From: a virus
IMG/VR virus record: IMGVR_UViG_3300009514_000014
Span: 19,956 to 83,955 of that record
Direction: 5' to 3' (one strand)
DNA length: 64,000 nt
Position 1 is the first letter of the stretch, and every line of letters starts with the position of its first letter. Under the pieces are notes generated by a model that saw only the letters and a list, made by a program, of their open reading frames with translations, was not told the origin of the DNA and did not search any database. The position numbers and the translations under genes are program-made. Below are positions 1 to 7,729 of this stretch, piece by piece.

Positions 1-2
1 TA

Positions 3-128
3 TCACCAGCCTCCATTCCAGCAGACAATACCCAGATTTTTGCTATCGAGTTGTGGGCAAGAGTTCCGACAGGGTTCGCTGGTGGTGTAGCTATTGAGTT
101 CTTAGAGATCAACTGGGTCTACAACTAG
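3..128 (+). CDS. 3' end of upstream gene (partial, probable tail protein)
   Basis: Open frame ...IFAIELWARVPTGFAGGVAIEFLEINWVYN-TAG ending just before the GGAG RBS of the next gene. Confidence 0.55.
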   Translation, partial: SPASIPADNTQIFAIELWARVPTGFAGGVAIEFLEINWVYN

Positions 129-139
129 GGAGCAACACG

Positions 140-2293
140 ATGGACGTTAGACGATACGGTGCCACTGGCGATGGTGTAACTGATGACACTGCAGCCATCC
201 AAGCCTGCTTGGATGGCCTTCCGCCAAATCGTACTGTGGGCGTGAATGGCAGCGAAACGGTCAGAGCGGTTGTCCCGCCTGGAACTTACATGATCAATGC
301 GGTCACCAAGCTTATACCGCCAGCTGGCGTTGTGATCGAGTTCCTCGACGGTGCGGTGTTTCAGGTCATCACCAACGATCAGGATGCGTACCGCTGCCTC
401 GAGTTGACGGCGAATGGCATCACCTTGATCAATCCGACGGTAGTTGGGGATCGCACCACCCATACGGGCGGCACAGGTGAGCACGGGCATGGAATTGTGC
501 TGTCCGGAAACAACTGCACGATCATCAACCCTACAGTCAGTGACTGCTGGGGGGACGGAATCGCTATTTACGGCGGCACCGGTAATACGCTTACGAATGT
601 CACCCTCAATAACAACCGCCGAAACAACCTAACGATCACATCGTCAATAGACTTGCTGATCGACGGGGCGCTGATAACAAACGCCAACGGGGTGAATCCA
701 CAGCTCGGAGTGGATATCGAGCCCAACACCACAGCCGACGATCTCTACAATGTTGTGCTTCGAAACATTCGCACGAGTGGCAACACCAATGGTGGAATGC
801 TTGTATCTTTGGCGACGCTCATCAACGTTGACAAGACGATCAAGATCGAAATCGATAACCACCACGATGATGCTGCTGGATCAATTGGGAGTTCACTATC
901 CCTGAGCCACGCGCTTACATCGGCTAGCTACCTCCTAGATGGCTCAATCACTGTGCGCTACCCGTACAGCGACACTCCCGGAGCGAACGGGATTGAGGTG
1001 CGCAATTGGCACGCGGTCGATACTCCTGCGATTTTGATCGATTATCCGTTTTGTCGTAATCCAAACGAGGTTGATCAGGCATCGGGGAAATACGGATCGG
1101 GCATCGCTTTCTATTCGGAGGCTGGTGATGGTGCAGGTACGCGCGGAAACTGTACAATCCGCAATCCGATCTGCATAGACGACCGCGAAACTCCACGAGT
1201 AGTTAATGCGTTTCATGTCGTAGGAACCGGCCTCCAGAACCTTCATCTGATCGATCCTATAAGGTGGGAGGGGATGGCCCCTGAGCTGATGATGGCTGGC
1301 CAAAACGGGGGCGTGAAGGTGAAGGACAGCTTTGGCGTGATGACTCGCGTTGTGCCGGGCGGGGCTACGACGATGTACGCGCCTCTTGTGACGAAGATTC
1401 ATAACGAGGGGGCAGCATCCCGTTCTGACATCTACCTCTATCGGCAGTGGCTGGAGCCGGTGCCGTTGACGCTGGAAAATCGAACGAGCTTCGGACTGCG
1501 GATTTACCCAGGAGACGCAGGATATGAAGCTGCTTGCTACCCGTTGCAGCCATCGGCGGGTACTTTCTTCGAGACCACCGAGATTGGCGCGTCGATCACA
1601 CTCGTGCAGACGGATGACACTGAGTACTACGTCGATAAAGTCATAGGCGTATGGACAGGTGGCGGGGCAGGCGGCGGGGATATCACCGCTATCCATGACG
1701 ACACCGCCAGCGAGATTAGTGCCATCACTGAAAAGACGGCGCCGGTTGGTGCCGATATGGCGTTGATCGAAGACAGCGCCGCAGCCAACGTCAAGAAGAT
1801 GGTGCAGCTGTCCAACCTCGGTTTGGCGATCAAGCTCGATGATCTCGCAGCACCTGATGATACCACCGACCTGGATGTGTCGACGTCGCTGCATGGACTC
1901 ACCCCCAAGGCGCCCAACGTCGCTCGACAGCGTCTTGATGGCACTGGCTCATGGGTCGTCCCTGGGGTCGACATTGGCGTCAAGGACACTAGCTACGGTG
2001 TCACTTCGGCGGACAACTTGGTCGTCTTCACCAATGAGGGCGCACTTGGATTGGTGACGTTCACGTTGCCGACGGCCGTCGCCGGATTGCAGTACTCGTT
2101 CGTCACGATCGATGGCGACGGCATCAGAATCGACGCCAACACCGGCGACACAATTCGTATTGATACTGCAGTCAGCGCCTCCGCTGGCTACATTCAAGGT
2201 ACAACAATCGGCGAGACAATCACTCTTGTCGCCGTCAATGCCACTGAGTGGGTTGCGTTGTCCTACGTTGGCACCTGGACGATCGACTCCTAA
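140..2293 (+). CDS. Tailspike/depolymerase: pectate-lyase-3-type N-terminus, right-handed beta-helix, C-terminal fibre domains
   Basis: DVRRYGATGDGVTDDTAAIQ motif; Asn/Gly-rich beta-helix repeats (GDGIAI, NNRRNNLTI, GVDIEPN). Confidence 0.85.
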   Translation: MDVRRYGATGDGVTDDTAAIQACLDGLPPNRTVGVNGSETVRAVVPPGTYMINAVTKLIPPAGVVIEFLDGAVFQVITNDQDAYRCLELTANGITLINPTVVGDRTTHTGGTGEHGHGIVLSGNNCTIINPTVSDCWGDGIAIYGGTGNTLTNVTLNNNRRNNLTITSSIDLLIDGALITNANGVNPQLGVDIEPNTTADDLYNVVLRNIRTSGNTNGGMLVSLATLINVDKTIKIEIDNHHDDAAGSIGSSLSLSHALTSASYLLDGSITVRYPYSDTPGANGIEVRNWHAVDTPAILIDYPFCRNPNEVDQASGKYGSGIAFYSEAGDGAGTRGNCTIRNPICIDDRETPRVVNAFHVVGTGLQNLHLIDPIRWEGMAPELMMAGQNGGVKVKDSFGVMTRVVPGGATTMYAPLVTKIHNEGAASRSDIYLYRQWLEPVPLTLENRTSFGLRIYPGDAGYEAACYPLQPSAGTFFETTEIGASITLVQTDDTEYYVDKVIGVWTGGGAGGGDITAIHDDTASEISAITEKTAPVGADMALIEDSAAANVKKMVQLSNLGLAIKLDDLAAPDDTTDLDVSTSLHGLTPKAPNVARQRLDGTGSWVVPGVDIGVKDTSYGVTSADNLVVFTNEGALGLVTFTLPTAVAGLQYSFVTIDGDGIRIDANTGDTIRIDTAVSASAGYIQGTTIGETITLVAVNATEWVALSYVGTWTIDS

Positions 2294-2310
2294 ACAACAA
2301 TCACATACCT

Positions 2311-2384
2311 CGGGATGAGGGCTTGATGGTAAGCCGCCTGGTTCGGGGCCAGGAGTTGTGCGAGTTCGACTCTCGCCATCCCGA
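2311..2384 (+). tRNA. tRNA-Pro(CGG)
   Basis: CGGGATG/CATCCCG acceptor; CCTGG-TT CGG GG-CCAGG; GTTCGAC T-loop. Confidence 0.9.
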
Positions 2385-2385
2385 T

Positions 2386-2520
2386 AGAGAGGACCGCAGA
2401 TTTGGATTATCTATTGGAACGGGAAGTCGCAGGTTCAAGTCCTGCTGCGGGCCTAGCCCGTATAGTTCAGTCGGCAGAACGCCCGTCTTGAAACTCCAAG
2501 TCGTTTCCTTTGTTCTCTCT
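2386..2520 (+). ncRNA. Y RNA, YrlA-like #1
   Basis: Terminal stem AGAGAGGAC/GTTCTCTCT with GGACCG..GGATTATC motif; T-arm precedes the loop-closed acceptor stem (GCGGGC-CTA-GCCCGT) and the D-arm. Confidence 0.8.
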
Positions 2521-2528
2521 CGCTTTTT

Positions 2529-2634
2529 GGATGGACCGCTTGTCTTGGGTTATCTGGTTAAGCAGCCGGCTAGTTCGCCGGTAAAGCTAGACGGGTTCAA
2601 ATCTCGTCATCCAAGCAAATTTCTTCGTTCATCC
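2529..2634 (+). ncRNA. Y RNA-like #2 (Ro stem and T-arm, no D-arm)
   Basis: GGATGGAC/GTTCATCC stem; GGACCG..GGGTTATC motif; ACGGG-TTCAAAT-CTCGT T-arm. Confidence 0.7.
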
Positions 2635-2639
2635 ATTTT

Positions 2640-2724
2640 GACCTTGTGGCGGAATAGGTAGACGCGCTAGATTCAGAATCTGGTCCTCGCAACGGGGGTG
2701 AGAGTTCGACTCTCTCCAAGGTCA
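2640..2724 (+). tRNA. tRNA-Leu(CAG)
   Basis: Cloverleaf with long variable arm; CTAGA-TT CAG AA-TCTGG. Confidence 0.92.
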
Positions 2725-2728
2725 CAAC

Positions 2729-3055
2729 ATGAAAAAGAAGAAGAAACCGAAGATGAATCCGGTTTTGACTCTGCGGAAAGCCTGGGTGTCGTTGGTCCGC
2801 ACGCGAATCAAAGCTGAAACTGAATTGCTGCAGGTGCTGGCCGAAATCGGCGAACCGGAGCTCGACGAAGATGGCTTCGACAACTTGCCACGGTTGGACG
2901 ACAACGTCGCAGTGCAGCAGGCTGTGACGTACTTCAGGACGGTGTTTCTGGCGTCACCGGATTCACAAGCAGCGACTGACTTGATCAATCGACTGAATCG
3001 GTCGCATTGGGCTCCTGTGCCGTACAGAGGGACAGGGCGCCTGGTTCAACGTTAG
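2729..3055 (+). CDS. Hypothetical protein
   Basis: Fills the gap between two tRNAs exactly; plausible composition. Confidence 0.6.
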   Translation: MKKKKKPKMNPVLTLRKAWVSLVRTRIKAETELLQVLAEIGEPELDEDGFDNLPRLDDNVAVQQAVTYFRTVFLASPDSQAATDLINRLNRSHWAPVPYRGTGRLVQR

Positions 3056-3056
3056 C

Positions 3057-3128
3057 GCCCGTAAAGCATTGACGGCGATGCGCCGGCCTCGTAAGTCGGG
3101 GAGTCGGGTTCAAGTCCTGATACGGGCT
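3057..3128 (+). tRNA. tRNA-Thr(CGT)
   Basis: GCCCGTA/TACGGGC; CCGGC-CT CGT AA-GTCGG. Confidence 0.88.
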
Positions 3129-3199
3129 CACTACGTTTACGTAGCTCGGCGGTGCTGAGCACGTGATCGTGAGGTGGGGTTTTTAGAGTAAGTTTGTTT

Positions 3200-3272
3200 G
3201 CCCTCGTAGCTCATACGGTAGAGCAGCTGCCTTGTAAGCAGCAGGCGACCAGTTCGAGTCTGGTCGAGGGCT
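3200..3272 (+). tRNA. tRNA-Thr(TGT)
   Basis: GCCCTCG/CGAGGGC; GCTGC-CT TGT AA-GCAGC. Confidence 0.92.
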
Positions 3273-3281
3273 TTTGTAGTA

Positions 3282-3411
3282 TCTCTGGAGAGCTCGGATG
3301 GTCGAGCGCCGTAAACATCCAGCGCGTCTTTTTGTTCATCTTGATGGACCGCTTGTGTTGGGTTATCGCTTTAGGGGCCGGAGGAGGGGGTTCGAATCCC
3401 CCGCCAGAGAA
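3282..3411 (+). ncRNA. Circularly permuted Y RNA #3 (tRNA body with Ro-binding stem replacing the anticodon arm)
   Basis: TCTCTGG/CCAGAGA acceptor; GCTC..GAGC D-arm; Ro-stem strands in reversed order joined by TT (GTTCATC-TT-GATGGACCG..GGGTTATC); GGGGG-TTCGAAT-CCCCC T-arm. Confidence 0.75.
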
Positions 3412-3413
3412 TT

Positions 3414-3546
3414 CGAGGACCGAAAGATTTTGGATTATCCCTGCTAAGGACGAGGCCGCAGGTTCGAATCCTGCACACTCCAAACTGGGGGGTGTTAGCT
3501 CAGCGGTAGAGCACGTAAAACTCCAGAGTCAACTCTCTTGTTCTCG
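3414..3546 (+). ncRNA. Y RNA, YrlA-like #4
   Basis: CGAGGAC/GTTCTCG stem; GGACCGAAAGATTTGGATTATC; T-arm, closed acceptor, then TAGCTCAGCGGTAGAGC D-arm. Confidence 0.8.
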
Positions 3547-3550
3547 ATTT

Positions 3551-3623
3551 GGGTTGCAAGCTCATGAGGAAGAGCGCCCGGCTGTTAACCGGATGGTTTT
3601 GGGTTCGAATCCCAAGCGACCCT
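3551..3623 (+). tRNA. tRNA-Asn(GTT)
   Basis: GGGTTGC/GCGACCC; CCGG-CT GTT AA-CCGG. Confidence 0.88.
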
Positions 3624-3629
3624 CACGTT

Positions 3630-3704
3630 GTCCCTGTCGTCTAGCGCGGCCAAGGATGTCGGCTTCTCACGCCGGAGACACGGGTTCAAATCCCGTCAGG
3701 GACG
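3630..3704 (+). tRNA. tRNA-Glu(CTC)
   Basis: GTCCCTG/CAGGGAC; TCGGC-TT CTC AC-GCCGG. Confidence 0.92.
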
Positions 3705-3708
3705 TACT

Positions 3709-3782
3709 GACCTAGAAGGCGAACTGGTAGAGCCGTCAGCCTTTCAAGCTGAAGATAGCGGGTTCAAGTCCCGTCTAGGTCA
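3709..3782 (+). tRNA. tRNA-Glu(TTC)
   Basis: GACCTAG/CTAGGTC; TCAGC-CT TTC AA-GCTGA. Confidence 0.9.
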
Positions 3783-3801
3783 CTTGCTGAAGGAATGCAC
3801 A

Positions 3802-4131
3802 ATGGCGAAGAAGCCAGTCGTTATCACCATGCGCGTCACCTTTGAGGTCAACCCGCCCGTCAAGGACGCGCTGCCGGAGCTCGTGACGTCTGTCGAGTTG
3901 ACGCCAAAAGATCTCAAGCGCAAGAACGTCGCCGAGCGCGCTGTTCTTAGGCTTCGCAGAGCACTTACCAATGGTGCTGCGGCCTTTGAGATGGTAGGGT
4001 CAGGACTCAACAAGGCGATCCGAGAAGCCATCGGAGCGCAAAAAGGGGAGAAGTCTAAATGCCACACCCAACACAAAGCCACGTCAGACGTCTCGTCAAA
4101 TCCAAAACTGTCGAGCCACCTGCTTGTGTAG
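3802..4131 (+). CDS. Hypothetical protein
   Basis: AAGGA RBS before ATG 3802; the longer ORF-track start overlaps tRNAs. Confidence 0.55.
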   Translation: MAKKPVVITMRVTFEVNPPVKDALPELVTSVELTPKDLKRKNVAERAVLRLRRALTNGAAAFEMVGSGLNKAIREAIGAQKGEKSKCHTQHKATSDVSSNPKLSSHLLV

Positions 4132-4943
4132 TCTCTGGCCTGCAGTTCGAGACGCTGATGGGCTCACATGCCTACGGGGTTTCCACCGACCAGAGCGACG
4201 CAGACATCTACGGATTCTGCACTCCGGAGAAGCAAGACGTCTTCACGCACCTCAAAGGTGTGATCCCCGGCTTTGACAAGCAAGTGGCCAACTTCAAGTT
4301 GTGGCAACAGCCGCATGTCACCTGGCGTCACAACCTTGAGCCGATGTCACCTGGCGTCGCCAAGTTCGATTTCAACATCTACTCGATTATCGAGTTCTTC
4401 AGTCACGCCATGCGTAACACGCCCAACGTGTTGGACTGCTTGTTCGTTCCTGTGGACGTGATCACCTTCCGCACGAAACTCGCCGACATGGTGCTTGAAC
4501 GTCGCAAGCTCTTCTTGCACAAAGGCGCCAAGCATCGCTACCTCGGATTTGCTCACAGTCAGTTGGACAAGATGCGAAAGCTGGCTGCAGAGAACGAAGC
4601 CGAAAAAGGCGAGATAGCGACGTTCAAGCAAAACGCGCGACAGGTCAAGGCACTGAAGCACGCGTACCATGCCGTACGGTTGTGCTTGCAGGTCCGCCAG
4701 TTGCTTGCCGACGGTGACATGCAATTCGTCTTCGCCCAGTACCTACGCGAGATTCGCTCCGCAAAGTACTCGTACGAAGTCATCGTCGAACGTTGCGCGG
4801 AGTTGGAAGTTGAAATCGAAGAACTCTACGCCACCTCCAATGCGGTGCCCTACAAGCCTGACGAGCCTGCGATCAAGGAGCTCCTGCTCAATTGCCTCGA
4901 AGAGGCCTACGGCAGCCTTGACGGCTGCGTGGCACGCAGCTGA
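4059..4943 (+). CDS. Pol-beta-like nucleotidyltransferase (RlaP/YcgL, RNA-repair associated)
   Basis: GSHAYGVSTDQSDADIYG motif; TPNVLDCLF; YLGFAHSQL; KHAYHAVRL. Confidence 0.85.
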   Translation: MPHPTQSHVRRLVKSKTVEPPACVVSGLQFETLMGSHAYGVSTDQSDADIYGFCTPEKQDVFTHLKGVIPGFDKQVANFKLWQQPHVTWRHNLEPMSPGVAKFDFNIYSIIEFFSHAMRNTPNVLDCLFVPVDVITFRTKLADMVLERRKLFLHKGAKHRYLGFAHSQLDKMRKLAAENEAEKGEIATFKQNARQVKALKHAYHAVRLCLQVRQLLADGDMQFVFAQYLREIRSAKYSYEVIVERCAELEVEIEELYATSNAVPYKPDEPAIKELLLNCLEEAYGSLDGCVARS

Positions 4944-5230
4944 TGGCGCCTCTACGACGCTTGATCATCGCCGAGACGGCGTCCAGCACGTGGAGCTACC
5001 ACCTGCGGATCCTTGAGCCCGGTGAAGAACCAAAGTATGGTGGAGGGGCTGGTTTCGCGCTGTGTGGCGCAAAGGTTGGCTGGGACACACAGATGCCAAT
5101 GAGCGCATGGGACAAAAAGGTCGCGCACATTCCAGAGTCTTTTTGCGTTAAGTGCGAGCTAGAAGCCGCAAAGCGAGGATTCACCGTCGCAGCGGCGGCG
5201 GACAGGGAGGAGTCCAGTGGACAAAAGTAG
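4943..5230 (+). CDS. Hypothetical protein with His/Cys metal-binding motif
   Basis: Coupled TGATG start; YH...ALCG...CVKC. Confidence 0.6.
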   Translation: MAPLRRLIIAETASSTWSYHLRILEPGEEPKYGGGAGFALCGAKVGWDTQMPMSAWDKKVAHIPESFCVKCELEAAKRGFTVAAAADREESSGQK

Positions 5231-5588
5231 ACGCGGATTCTTCAAACGGATAGGTCTCGGTGTCGGTGCGGCGGTTGTTGCCGGTTTGCCCGCCAAGGTT
5301 GCCGCAGAACAAGCTCCACGAGTCCTCAAAATCATCAACTGCGTCGAAGGCGCTAACGTAGGCGTGTTCGAACATACCGAAGGGCGCCAATTGTTTCTTG
5401 GCTCCACCGTCTCTGATGGCGTTGTGGATGGCATTGTTGAAGTACCGATGGATGAGCTCGCCGTCCAGACTGTCGTTGTGCGGGTGCGCAAGTGGGGCTA
5501 CGTGCCGTTCAGTCATACTTGTGAGCTGCGCGAGAGCGGGCTCACCATAGTCAGCGCTTACATGCGTCTGGACGAGTTGTTGACCTAA
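5217..5588 (+). CDS. Twin-arginine-signal protein resembling the C-terminal domain of the virion proteins at 35.2 and 38.5 kb
   Basis: GGAGGAG RBS; SRRGFFK plus hydrophobic stretch; VVVRVRKWGYVP..GL..MRLDE. Confidence 0.7.
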   Translation: MDKSRRGFFKRIGLGVGAAVVAGLPAKVAAEQAPRVLKIINCVEGANVGVFEHTEGRQLFLGSTVSDGVVDGIVEVPMDELAVQTVVVRVRKWGYVPFSHTCELRESGLTIVSAYMRLDELLT

Positions 5589-5594
5589 CGTGCT

Positions 5595-5927
5595 ATGCTG
5601 ACACCTAAAGACCAACATTGGTTGACGCTGGCCGGACAGAAAGTTGAGGTAGACCGTTTTGGGTTTCTCATCAGATCGACGGACTGGTCGTTTGCGATTG
5701 CTGAGGCCTTGGCAGTCCTCGAAGCGATCGAGCTCGAACATGCGCACTGGCGGCTCATCAGACTCGTCAGAAAATTCCATCGAGAACGCCATCGAGTGCC
5801 TAGTGTCCGGGAGATCTGTGACGCCGGAGACGTTACCCTCCGACAGCTCTACGATTTGTTTCCACCAACAGTGCTCAAATTGTTTCGCGTCTCGGGAATG
5901 TCAAAGCCGGGTTGCGGAGGTTACTAA
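5595..5927 (+). CDS. TusE/DsrC family sulfur-relay protein
   Basis: VDRFGFL..DW..IAEALA..IEL..HW.LI..VR.F..P..R..LYDLFP..G.SKPGC. Confidence 0.85.
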   Translation: MLTPKDQHWLTLAGQKVEVDRFGFLIRSTDWSFAIAEALAVLEAIELEHAHWRLIRLVRKFHRERHRVPSVREICDAGDVTLRQLYDLFPPTVLKLFRVSGMSKPGCGGY

Positions 5928-5936
5928 ATAGTTTTT

Positions 5937-6301
5937 GGGGATGAAAAGGTTTCGACAGGGATGATCGAAGTGAAAGAGTGCAAGCCGGGGAATGATTGGT
6001 CACCTCGTGAAAAAGACTGGTCAAGTTCAAACGCCAATGACAACGCTTACGCGGAGCCTATGGCTCAAGCTGCCTAGTGCAGCTTCGTCTCGCCACCCCT
6101 CCTGACTGTGACAGGTGGATGAGACGTCATTGAACGGTCTAGGAGCCGGCAGTCCTCGTCGGGTCGGTTCCGAGATGCAGACGAGAAACGAACCGTGTGG
6201 AGCCTGTCGCTGGGCGCTCTCGGGGGTTAAATCAGCGACTAAGCTTGTAGGATCTCTGCATGACGCGTTTCTGGACTCGGGTTCGATTCCCGACTTCTCC
6301 A
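5937..6301 (+). ncRNA. ssrA: tmRNA; tag peptide ANDNAYAEPMAQAA* (6033-6077)
   Basis: 5' GGGGATGAAAAGGTTTCGAC; 3' GACTCGGGTTCGATTCCCGACTTCTCCA; AND..AA tag ORF. Confidence 0.95.
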
Positions 6302-6359
6302 AACCATTGACAAATGCCCCCGATGATTTGGTCTATGAAAAAGGGTGGGCCGGGCGATG

Positions 6360-6815
6360 CTATTCGGCGGATGCGTCCTGAACGTCGGGCGCGTCTGGCT
6401 GCACTGACGTCGGCGGCTCTGAACGATCGTCCGACGAGTCATTCGATTGAGGCGATGATTCAGACGTCTCGGCCGGGATGGGGGATGCCTTGGTACCGTC
6501 TGCCACCTTCGCTAATTGTTCCAGCTGGTGCACCGAGTAAGTCAGGAAATCAGCGGCGATAATCCGCAACACCTCGATACTGACAGGGTTGTGTCCACCC
6601 TTGATGATTTGTGGTTTGCCATCCGGACTCAGTCGCCAGCCTCGTTGCAGCAAGCGACCCGTGAACAGGTCAAAGTTCTTGTCTGCTTCTACCTTCCGCA
6701 GTTGTCGCAGCTCTTGCAGCCATAACGACAGTTGTCGGTGTTCTCGTCCTCGTTCGTCGTCGCTCTCGCCGCCGATTTGTGCGGCGTGATTGATCGCATC
6801 GTTCAAGCTTTTCAT
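6360..6815 (-). CDS. Hypothetical protein
   Basis: GGAGG RBS; AINHA..EHRQLSLWLQELR motif seen in small phage proteins. Confidence 0.65.
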   Translation of the reverse strand: MKSLNDAINHAAQIGGESDDERGREHRQLSLWLQELRQLRKVEADKNFDLFTGRLLQRGWRLSPDGKPQIIKGGHNPVSIEVLRIIAADFLTYSVHQLEQLAKVADGTKASPIPAETSESSPQSNDSSDDRSEPPTSVQPDAPDVQDASAE

Positions 6816-6847
6816 TTTTGTCCTCCGTGGACACACTACTACAATCT

Positions 6848-6920
6848 GCCGGCGAAGCTCAATAGGCAGAGCGCCTGCTTGGTATGCAGGAGGTTATCGG
6901 TTCAATTCCGATCGTCGGCT
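6848..6920 (+). tRNA. tRNA-Thr(GGT)
   Basis: GCCGGCG/CGTCGGC; CCTGC-TT GGT AT-GCAGG. Confidence 0.92.
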
Positions 6921-6986
6921 CTCCGAATTAATGGGGTACTACAATAGGTAAACGAGGTACTTTCGCGATTCGAGTACCGCATTTGT

Positions 6987-7059
6987 AGGGTACGCGCTGG
7001 GTTACGCTCACTGGTCTCCAAAACCGGTTGGATGCGGGGTTCGATTCCCTGGTGCCCTG
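6987..7059 (+). tRNA. tRNA-Trp(CCA), atypical D-arm
   Basis: AGGGTAC/GTGCCCT; CTGGT-CT CCA AA-ACCGG. Confidence 0.75.
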
Positions 7060-7147
7060 TAGTCACCGCAGAGGTGGAGACTGCGAGTTCATGTCGCAGT
7101 GGGACCTCAATGTGCGACGGAGCACTCTGCGCTGTTGGTGGCTTTAT

Positions 7148-7327
7148 GGGCTTGTGGCCGAATGGAACGGCGGCTGTGCCCCTGCGAAGCGAGCGAACCA
7201 GTTGATCATGGGGAGTGGACTTTGCGGGCGGACACCGGGGGCGTCCAATACATTGTTGGACCCAGCAGTGTGGCGGAGATCGCGTCCCTCGCTAATGTGG
7301 TTGCAGGTTCGAATCCTGCCAAGTCCA
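7148..7327 (+). ncRNA. tRNA-shaped RNA with about 110-nt structured insertion at the anticodon
   Basis: GGGCTTG/CAAGTCC acceptor; GCC-GAATGGAAC-GGC D-arm; GCAGG-TTCGAAT-CCTGC T-arm; 180 nt in total. Confidence 0.7.
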
Positions 7328-7332
7328 CTTTT

Positions 7333-7405
7333 GAGTCCATAGCCAAGACGGTAAGGCAGCCGCCTGCAAAGCGGCCAATCCTCGGTTCGATTCCGAGTGG
7401 ACTCT
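7333..7405 (+). tRNA. tRNA-Cys(GCA)
   Basis: GAGTCCA/TGGACTC; GCCGC-CT GCA AA-GCGGC. Confidence 0.92.
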
Positions 7406-7410
7406 CTTTT

Positions 7411-7479
7411 GCTCTGCGGTAAGGATGCCAGGCAGGCCTTCTAAGCTAGCTGTGCCAGGTTCGATTCCTGGGCAGAGTG
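7411..7479 (+). tRNA. tRNA-Arg(TCT), shortened D-arm
   Basis: GCTCTGC/GCAGAGT; loop CT TCT AA; CCAGG-TTCGATT-CCTGG. Confidence 0.65.
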
Positions 7480-7501
7480 AATTCGTGCTACGCTGCGTGA
7501 C

Positions 7502-7723
7502 ATGCATGAGTGGCAAGAGGATTGGAAAGAGCAACCGGGTTGTCGCGGAGACGCCCGACGATGTAGCTGCATATACTGCCATGGCCGACCGTGGGGTTGT
7601 GCGCACTGCTACGTTTGTTCCAGCTGCAAACGCCCCGTCCTGCTGTACGCAGCAGGCCACCCGCAGGGGTTGACACCGATACCGTGCAAATGCGCTGATG
7701 AAAAAGCGCTGATGAGAAAGTGA
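7502..7723 (+). CDS. Small Cys-rich hypothetical protein
   Basis: Several CxxC/CxC motifs; ends 6 nt before the next gene. Confidence 0.45.
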   Translation: MHEWQEDWKEQPGCRGDARRCSCIYCHGRPWGCAHCYVCSSCKRPVLLYAAGHPQGLTPIPCKCADEKALMRK

Positions 7724-7729
7724 ACGTGG

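Noticed and set aside
944-1894. Long antisense ORFs, also 11402-12358, 31307-32137 and 48591-49343
   Set aside because: Shadow frames of GC3-rich genes with clear motifs on the other strand
3132-3196. tRNA between the two Thr tRNAs
   Set aside because: D-arm-like TAGCTCGG..GAGC only; no T-arm or anticodon loop; at most a relic
2386-3546. CRISPR array from the repeated GGACCG..TTATC motif
   Set aside because: Irregular spacing and structured RNA bodies between copies; no cas genes in the window
3194-3715. 173-aa ORF, and similar ORFs at 2248-2661, 7028-7422, 8193-8441 and 9914-10177
   Set aside because: They run through tRNA and Y-RNA genes; GSNP/GSIP peptides are translated T-loops
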